Source: an uncultured virus (IMG/VR IMGVR_UViG_3300042886_000142) (lineage: Duplodnaviria; Heunggongvirae; Uroviricota; Caudoviricetes). Taken from it: a stretch of 64,000 nucleotides of DNA. Positions 58,121-64,000 of the stretch are shown here, piece by piece. Position numbers and translations under genes: made by a program. Below the pieces are notes generated by a model. That model worked only from the letters and a program-made list of their open reading frames with translations, did no database searches and was not told the origin of the DNA. Each line of letters opens with the position of its first letter. The first letter of the stretch is position 1. The stretch lies in IMG/VR virus record IMGVR_UViG_3300042886_000142. One strand, 5' to 3'.

Positions 58121-58326
58121 ATGTAGAAAAGAAAAGACACATAGCAAAAACTGTAAGCTATAGACTAATAAGTACATTGATTGGATTTGCACTTATGTTA
58201 GTTATAACAGGATCAGTAAAGATGGGAGCTGCATTTGGTGTAGCAGAATTACTCTACAAACCTATACAATATTATATACATGAAAGAATATGGTATCGCT
58301 GGATTAAATATGGATTAATAAAATAA
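58117..58326 (+). CDS. DUF2061-like small membrane protein
   Basis: RHIAKTVSYRLISTL...YYIHERIW...YG pattern; this family often lies near sulfate-activation genes. Confidence 0.8.
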   Translation: MNVEKKRHIAKTVSYRLISTLIGFALMLVITGSVKMGAAFGVAELLYKPIQYYIHERIWYRWIKYGLIK

Positions 58327-58352
58327 AAAAAACCCTCTATATGAGGGTTTTT
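58325..58352. terminator. Bidirectional terminator between convergent genes
   Basis: A8-CCCTC-TATAT-GAGGG-T5; overlaps the stop codon of the minus-strand gene. Confidence 0.8.
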
Positions 58353-61300
58353 ATTTGGTCTATCACCATTTGTGGTGTTATACTCTTCTGACATTCGAAC
58401 TGTCTCTCTGTACCTTCATGCACTGGACACCAATTATAATTTCCTTTATCAAACTTATATTGTGGATCATTCCAACATCCATGACACACACTTGTATTCA
58501 CTGGTCTTAAACATTCAAACTCGTGATGCTTATCAGTGAAGTTAGAGATCATTATCACTTCTTTACCAAGGCCCCAAGCTAACCAGCTAAGCCCACTAGA
58601 TAGTCCTATAAAGAACTTGCTTTCATCAATAACACGCATAGTGTTAGTCATTGAGGTGTCAAGTAATCCTTGACAGTTGTCAAATGGATTCTTTTCTAAT
58701 GATGTATTAATCACTTTATATCCTTGCTCATGCAAGTAGTTAATCACCTCTTGCCAAGCTTCTCTTGTCCAGAACTTACATCCTGCTGTACTATTAGTTG
58801 CAATAGTTATATACATACCTTGCTCATGTGATTTTTTATATGCAAGTCTTGGTTTGATTTCTTTATAAGGAAGACCTAGAATATTTGTAGCTGTCTGCTG
58901 TAATGGTATAGTGTTAGGAAGAACAGGTTCTTTGTTCTCATTATAGAACCAACCAATTTTGTACATAGCATATATATTATTGACAGCTGTTCCTGGAGCT
59001 ACAAACTCTAGCATTGGATATTCTTTTTCAAACAAGAAGTTTTTGAATGTACTAACAATCACTTCACAGTTGTGTAAACATCTAAACTCTTCTACATATG
59101 GTATCCAAGCTATTGTATCTCCTAAAGAAGAACTATCAAAAGCTATGTACACTCTTCTATTCTCTAGCTGTACGAACTTATCGTATACTTTCTCTCCATC
59201 TTTATACACAACGGTTCTCCACTTAGTATAATACTCTCTAGCAAGTTTTATCCAGTGGTTACATTTGATTACATCGCTATGAACTAATTGCTCACCATCA
59301 TAAAACTCTACACGAAAGTCACTAGTAGATGTACCAGTTATCTCTAAGAATGGTTGTCCAACAAAGTTTTGTGTTATATTATAATCTTTTATCTCATTTT
59401 TGTGTGGAATAACAGACATTACATTTTTATACAGGTTTGCATGAATTTTTCCGAAAACTTCAGACGTATTATCTGTAGGAACATCATATTTCATTAGTAG
59501 TCCCAGTATTGGAGAGTTTAAATCTACACTCTCTGCTATATAATTAGTATACATATCTTTATATTGTGGAAGATTTTTAGCTATTATAGGTAGGCCATAA
59601 CTTACAGCTTCTTTAAGTACAATAGGATTACATTCCCATGTGCTGTTAAACATAAACACATCAGCAGCTAACATAAAATGATGAATATCATTTCGTTCTC
59701 CCCATATCTTTACATTAAAAGGTAGATCTTTCATAAGAGGTTCCCAGTAGTCTTTGAAGTTACCAGCTTGGTTACCTATGAAGTGAAACATCACCTTAGG
59801 ATATTTACGAGCAATAGCTAATCCTTCAGCTTGATTCTTACCAGGAGTCCAAAGTCCTACATTTATAACATGTCTACCACCAAGGCTCATACCTAAAAGT
59901 TCTTTATACTGTCTCTTTAATGTCTTAGATACTGGTTCTTTGTCTATAGGATATTCAATCACTTCTTTATATCCATCAAGACTGGCAAATGTATCTACAT
60001 GATAGGGAGTACAGAATGCATATGCATCTGGTGTAAACATCTTAGTCTCTGGTACAAAAGATACATCATGACATGTTTCTACTATTCTATACTTTCTACT
60101 AGGAGAATATAGTTTAGTGATCATCTCTCTATCCATTCTCTCAGACATTTCATCTATATGGATAACATCTGGTTGCCATCCATCTATTATATCAAACAGT
60201 TTCATTTTATCTTCCCATAGTGTATGGAAGTGTGGATCTACAATATCCATGATTTGATTTCTTTGTACAACATAATCAATACCATGACATTGATATTCTA
60301 CAACAAAAATCTCTATATCTGTATTAGCTTGTAATGCCTCTATTCTTTTAAGAAGAAACTGAGGCATACCACCTGTAGATAGATGAGGTGCAAGGAACAT
60401 CACTCTCATAGGTTTAGACATCTTAGACATCATTTTAGACATTGCTATAGGATCTTTCTCTCCATGTAAGAAGAATAAGTCTTGCTCACTAACTGGTAAC
60501 TTAAACCATGATTCTATATACTTGCCCCAATTGTCTTCTTCATATATCTTATCTAACTTATCAAGGCCAGCATTAGTATATATATAAGGAAGACCTTCTA
60601 AGAATCTATGTTTCCATAATAATACATTCACTATTGTCTCTTCGTGATAAGGAGCATAATATTGAGGATTCTTTAACACCTCTGGGTGATTACACATCCA
60701 ACTCCATTCATCTAAAAATGGTATACTGTTATGACCAGCTACAAAGTAACCAGTTTGTCTATACTTATCTCTAATGTTTTGATGTACACCAAACAACTGG
60801 CATGCTGGATATTCTAATGTCTTAACTAGTTCAGTGCTTCCTCTTCCATTAATAAATAGATAGTCATATATACCCTCTGTGAAATACGGAAATTCCGAAT
60901 TTATAGGATGATAGTTGAATATTCTATCTACATACTTAGTAGCTATAGAATCAGAATCTACATAACATACTCTCTTAGCAAAGTTCTCAAGAGCATGTTT
61001 AACTACAAGAGGTCTTTGTATTAATAGATTGTATATTCTAGAATCAGTTCTATCTATATAAGTGTTCTTAGGTAAGTCTTCAATATCAGATTGCCAATAT
61101 ATAGTCTTTGCTCCAGGAACCTCACTGTGACAATCTAACATGTATACTAAAACAGGAATCTTACTCATCTTGTTAAGACTTTCTACAGCAGCACATACAA
61201 CACTGTAATAAGATGCATTTGCATATAATACGTACATTTTCTCCTCTTTTATACGTGTATGCGTATAATAGCCATAATATTGATTTCTATATATACAACT

Positions 61301-61750
61301 AAGTTCAGGATATCTTTCACCCATTATAGGATGTGTAAGGTCTGGTTGGTGATGAGTTTCATGTATATTCCCCTCATGTTCTCCTTGTTCCATTTCATAT
61401 GGAATAGCCACCATACATTCTTTAGTGGATACAATGTTTCTGATTAACTTTACAGCATCATCTGTAGGAATATGTTCTAACACATCTCCCATGATTATAA
61501 AGTCATAATCACTAGTATCAAATGTGGTGATATCTCCTACATAAACATTATCATATTTAGCTCTAAGTCCATACTTTTCTATGTACGGTTCATAGATTTC
61601 TACAGCATCAATTCTATATCCTAATGAACGTAATAATTCTGAATAAGTCCCTATTCCAGGGCCTACATCTAGTATTCTTTTACTAGTTGGAACGTTTTGA
61701 ATGAACCATTCTTTCACTTCTTCTTTGAAGTAGGTAAAACTGTAAGGCAT
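58337..61750 (-). CDS. Multidomain fusion: class I SAM methyltransferase + GT-A-like + GT4-like GT-B + autotransporter heptosyltransferase (TibC/AAH-like)
   Basis: ILDVGPGIG and GDVLEH; YVDSD (DxD); PHLSTGGMPQ, KNQ, ECNPIVLKEAVSYGLP; SSSLGDTIAW, FIGLSSGLSWLAW and iron-finger CHGCWND...WCP...RQFEC. Confidence 0.85.
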   Translation of the reverse strand: MPYSFTYFKEEVKEWFIQNVPTSKRILDVGPGIGTYSELLRSLGYRIDAVEIYEPYIEKYGLRAKYDNVYVGDITTFDTSDYDFIIMGDVLEHIPTDDAVKLIRNIVSTKECMVAIPYEMEQGEHEGNIHETHHQPDLTHPIMGERYPELSCIYRNQYYGYYTHTRIKEEKMYVLYANASYYSVVCAAVESLNKMSKIPVLVYMLDCHSEVPGAKTIYWQSDIEDLPKNTYIDRTDSRIYNLLIQRPLVVKHALENFAKRVCYVDSDSIATKYVDRIFNYHPINSEFPYFTEGIYDYLFINGRGSTELVKTLEYPACQLFGVHQNIRDKYRQTGYFVAGHNSIPFLDEWSWMCNHPEVLKNPQYYAPYHEETIVNVLLWKHRFLEGLPYIYTNAGLDKLDKIYEEDNWGKYIESWFKLPVSEQDLFFLHGEKDPIAMSKMMSKMSKPMRVMFLAPHLSTGGMPQFLLKRIEALQANTDIEIFVVEYQCHGIDYVVQRNQIMDIVDPHFHTLWEDKMKLFDIIDGWQPDVIHIDEMSERMDREMITKLYSPSRKYRIVETCHDVSFVPETKMFTPDAYAFCTPYHVDTFASLDGYKEVIEYPIDKEPVSKTLKRQYKELLGMSLGGRHVINVGLWTPGKNQAEGLAIARKYPKVMFHFIGNQAGNFKDYWEPLMKDLPFNVKIWGERNDIHHFMLAADVFMFNSTWECNPIVLKEAVSYGLPIIAKNLPQYKDMYTNYIAESVDLNSPILGLLMKYDVPTDNTSEVFGKIHANLYKNVMSVIPHKNEIKDYNITQNFVGQPFLEITGTSTSDFRVEFYDGEQLVHSDVIKCNHWIKLAREYYTKWRTVVYKDGEKVYDKFVQLENRRVYIAFDSSSLGDTIAWIPYVEEFRCLHNCEVIVSTFKNFLFEKEYPMLEFVAPGTAVNNIYAMYKIGWFYNENKEPVLPNTIPLQQTATNILGLPYKEIKPRLAYKKSHEQGMYITIATNSTAGCKFWTREAWQEVINYLHEQGYKVINTSLEKNPFDNCQGLLDTSMTNTMRVIDESKFFIGLSSGLSWLAWGLGKEVIMISNFTDKHHEFECLRPVNTSVCHGCWNDPQYKFDKGNYNWCPVHEGTERQFECQKSITPQMVIDQIKTLI

Positions 61751-61769
61751 AGTGTTGATTTTAGAAATT

Positions 61770-61777
61770 CAAATGTA
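61770..61777 (-). promoter_or_regulatory. -7 box TACATTTG for the minus-strand glycosyltransferase fusion
   Basis: CAAATGTA on the + strand, 19 nt upstream of the minus-strand ATG. Confidence 0.55.
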
Positions 61778-61798
61778 CAAAAAATATATTTATCTTAT

Positions 61799-61862
61799 GC
61801 TATATTATGATGAAAATCTATTTCATACCCTTCGTTATTCCAAATATAAATTTTATATTTGC
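61799..61862 (+). promoter_or_regulatory. Composite promoter upstream of the lysis cassette
   Basis: GCTATATTAT...CATAC...TATATTTGC; matches 47759..47822. Confidence 0.55.
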
Positions 61863-61948
61863 TATATATAAAATGGTACAATCATTGCATCATTGCACTT
61901 ACCATCTTAAAGTGTATAACTATGCTATAATAACACCCACACTCCCTT

Positions 61949-62269
61949 ATGGAAAACGCATTTGAACAACAAGTAGAAAAAGAATTAAAAAGCATGGATC
62001 AACGACTATATGATCTAGAGGAGAAGATGACTTCTATAGACACTAAACTAACACAAGTTGTAGACGCTATCTTAGGTAATGCACTAACAAAAACAGGGGG
62101 ATTTATTGCTGACTTAACTGAGCTAAAGGCCAAGATAAAAGATTTAGAAGATAAGATACAGAAACAAGAAGAGTTCAAAAAGAAATTTACTTGGACCGTA
62201 GGTATCATATTAGGTATTGGTGTACTACTTCAATACCTATCTACACTTTATAGAAATATAACAACATGA
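61949..62269 (+). CDS. Coiled-coil protein with one C-terminal TM helix (lysis-associated, XhlA/holin-like)
   Basis: Heptad-rich body and FTWTVGIILGIGVLLQYL TM; first gene of the lysis cassette. Confidence 0.55.
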   Translation: MENAFEQQVEKELKSMDQRLYDLEEKMTSIDTKLTQVVDAILGNALTKTGGFIADLTELKAKIKDLEDKIQKQEEFKKKFTWTVGIILGIGVLLQYLSTLYRNITT

Positions 62270-62469
62270 GTACAAAAGAGAAGGTTGATATTTTTTTAAA
62301 CAAATGGGTAAGCAGAAAGCTTACAGTGTTTGCTGTAGGTTCTGTTGGCCTTTTCTCTGGAAAATTAACATCATCTGATTGGGTTATAATTGCAGCAACA
62401 TATATTGCTATTGAAGGAGCAACAACTATTGTAGAAAAATTAATGAAAGCTAGAGGAGGTATATCATGA
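62266..62469 (+). CDS. Putative holin (2 TM)
   Basis: 67 aa, SRKL-TM-TM-basic tail, overlapping the endolysin start (ATGA). Confidence 0.65.
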   Translation: MSTKEKVDIFLNKWVSRKLTVFAVGSVGLFSGKLTSSDWVIIAATYIAIEGATTIVEKLMKARGGIS

Positions 62470-62861
62470 TATTAGAACTTAAAAGAAAGATATTCACAGA
62501 TGATTCCACAATAGGAGAAATATCTATTGATGGTGTATTTATATGTTATACATTAGAGGATAAAGTGAGAGAGACTAAGATAAAGAACATAACAGCTATC
62601 CCTTATGGAAAATATGAATTAGCAGTTACATTCTCTAATCGTTTTAAACAGTACATGCCTCTATTACTTAATGTACCAGGATTTGAAGGTGTACGTATAC
62701 ACAGTGGTAATAAATCTACTGAAACAGAAGGATGTATTCTTGTAGGTGGTACTAGATCATTAAACTTTATTGGCAAGTCTAGAGTGACATATAAAGCTTT
62801 ATTTGATAAGATAAAGAGTGCAAAAAAAACAGAGAAGGTCTTTTTAAACATTACGCAATAA
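62466..62861 (+). CDS. DUF5675-like L,D-peptidase-fold putative endolysin
   Basis: TIGE...YTLED...AIPYGKY...VPGFEGVRIHSGN...TEGCILVG (His/Cys catalytic pattern). Confidence 0.85.
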   Translation: MILELKRKIFTDDSTIGEISIDGVFICYTLEDKVRETKIKNITAIPYGKYELAVTFSNRFKQYMPLLLNVPGFEGVRIHSGNKSTETEGCILVGGTRSLNFIGKSRVTYKALFDKIKSAKKTEKVFLNITQ

Positions 62862-63175
62862 TGATACAATATTTAAAAGATCAGTACTTGGCGGTGATCA
62901 TCACCGTTATCTGGCTATTCTTTACACTACATACTCAACAAAAGACTGCTCTTCTATTAGAACAAACTAAGAAATTAGAAGCTAAAATATTAGTTCTTGA
63001 AGAAAAAGATCATGAGTCTAGTATAATTATTGATAGCTTATCTAGAGTGGATACACTCATAGTTAATAGAATCAAAATCATCAAACAAAAAGAATATGTA
63101 CAAATTAGGATTATTGATAGTTTGCCTGTTAGTGGGCTTCAAAAGTACTTCACAGATCGTTACTCAGAAAAATGA
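62861..63175 (+). CDS. Putative inner-membrane spanin (Rz-like)
   Basis: N-terminal TM followed by coiled coil; directly after the endolysin. Confidence 0.55.
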   Translation: MIQYLKDQYLAVIITVIWLFFTLHTQQKTALLLEQTKKLEAKILVLEEKDHESSIIIDSLSRVDTLIVNRIKIIKQKEYVQIRIIDSLPVSGLQKYFTDRYSEK

Positions 63176-63572
63176 TTCTATCGTTACCCTTAGTGAAACT
63201 GTTTCTAGGAAGGTTGTTTCTGATCTTGTACGTTATGATTTTGCTAAGAATATTATCAAAGAGCAAGAGATAAGAATAAAGAACTACCAGAACAAAGAGA
63301 TTGAGTTTAAGAACAAACTAGATATAAAAGATTCCATCATATTCTATCAGAAGAGTATTATTGATATTCATAAAGAGATTATCAAGAGTAAAAAACCTTT
63401 AGAGATACATGGATATGTAGGTGTACAATCAATTCAATTCAAATTGGTAGAACCTATATTATATACAAACTTAATGTTTGAGTTTCCTAAGTTCAGTATA
63501 GGAGCTCAATACTACGTACAACCTAACAATCCTAGTGGATATGGGATTGTTCTAGAATATAACTTATTTTAA
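63096..63572 (+). CDS. Putative outer spanin-like secreted protein
   Basis: Signal peptide, coiled coil, C-terminal amphipathic beta strands ending in Phe; overlaps the previous gene by 80 nt. Confidence 0.5.
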   Translation: MYKLGLLIVCLLVGFKSTSQIVTQKNDSIVTLSETVSRKVVSDLVRYDFAKNIIKEQEIRIKNYQNKEIEFKNKLDIKDSIIFYQKSIIDIHKEIIKSKKPLEIHGYVGVQSIQFKLVEPILYTNLMFEFPKFSIGAQYYVQPNNPSGYGIVLEYNLF

Positions 63573-63573
63573 C

Positions 63574-63708
63574 ATGGCAAAACAAACCAACTCTTCAGAA
63601 AAAGAAGTAAAAATTAAAGTGAGCAGACCTGGTGTGCATGCTAAAGCTCAGACATCTAAACTTAAATCTTCTAAGAATTACAAGAAGCTTTATAATGGAC
63701 AAGGATAA
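63574..63708 (+). CDS. Unannotated 44-aa basic protein MAKQTNSSEKEVKIKVSRPGVHAKAQTSKLKSSKNYKKLYNGQG
   Basis: ATG 1 nt after the upstream stop; Lys-rich with a C-terminal YxGQG, like small basic phage proteins. Confidence 0.75.
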   Translation: MAKQTNSSEKEVKIKVSRPGVHAKAQTSKLKSSKNYKKLYNGQG

Positions 63709-63709
63709 A

Positions 63710-63859
63710 ATGGATTGGGAATTAACATTCGCTCTCTATTGGCCTCACGATAGATTTGCTATAGGATGGGATATCCTACATGCTGATGAAACATATAATT
63801 ACAGCACATACATATTGTATTTAGGAATACTTACAATAACATTAGACATAAATAATTAA
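63710..63859 (+). CDS. 49-aa hypothetical protein
   Basis: ATG at 63710, 1 nt after the previous stop, is more plausible than the track's start at 63632. Confidence 0.6.
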   Translation: MDWELTFALYWPHDRFAIGWDILHADETYNYSTYILYLGILTITLDINN

Positions 63860-63861
63860 TC

Positions 63862-63900
63862 TAGTTAGACTTGCTCTAACTATTTTTGTTATTTTATTTT
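63862..63900 (+). terminator. Hairpin plus T-rich tract
   Basis: TAGTTAGA-CTTGC-TCTAACTA-TTTTTGTT. Confidence 0.6.
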
Positions 63901-63967
63901 GGTGAAAATCAGATACTAATGGTGAAAAAAACTTATTTTTGTATATTAATTAATAAAATTTAAAATC

Positions 63968-64000
63968 ATGGCAATACCATCAAGAGGAATAGGCTGGAGT
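63968..64000 (+). CDS. Start of next gene (MAIPSRGIGWS...), truncated
   Basis: ATG after an A-rich leader and a TATTTTTG -7 box at 63934. Confidence 0.55.
   Translation, partial: MAIPSRGIGWS

Noticed and set aside
63632..63709. Extended start of the last full ORF (also the 22399 and 56305 starts)
   Set aside because: These extensions overlap better-supported upstream genes; downstream ATGs at 63710, 22438 and 56380 fit the tight gene packing.
380..63859. Stop-codon reassignment (TAG/TGA), known in some crAss-like phages
   Set aside because: Very long ORFs are intact under code 11, TAG and TGA end genes at sensible boundaries (47748, 55463, 11567), and no suppressor tRNA is seen. The muzzle splits end in TAA.

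Overview
This AT-rich window is the virion/structural half of a crAss-like (Crassvirales-type) podovirus genome. The host is most likely a Bacteroidota bacterium: start codons have A-rich leaders with no Shine-Dalgarno sequence, and TAnnTTTG -7 promoter boxes occur upstream of several genes. The standard genetic code appears to be used. Gene order on the + strand is: major capsid protein, a structured intergenic region with an initiator-like tRNA-Met, conserved crAss capsid/neck genes, a cluster of Cys-rich and poly-Thr decorated fibre proteins, a metallophosphoesterase, ring/IHF/tail-tubular genes, and a tail stabilisation (muzzle) gene apparently split into three decorated ORFs. Next come the ejected cargo proteins, including a 4328-aa virion RNA polymerase polyprotein (DFDID motif), a 2299-aa Gly-Thr-Ser collagen-like/beta-roll fibre, a sulfation-glycosylation cassette, and a lysis cassette. 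The cassette encodes a sulfotransferase, a GT9-like enzyme, an APS kinase, a HIGH-motif nucleotidyltransferase and a DUF2061-like protein, plus a convergent methyltransferase-GT-GT-autotransporter-heptosyltransferase fusion. The best candidate for an undescribed system is a phage-encoded protein O-glycosylation and sulfation pathway acting on mucin-like Ser/Thr tracts grafted onto many virion proteins. All family assignments come from motif recognition and gene context; no searches were run.
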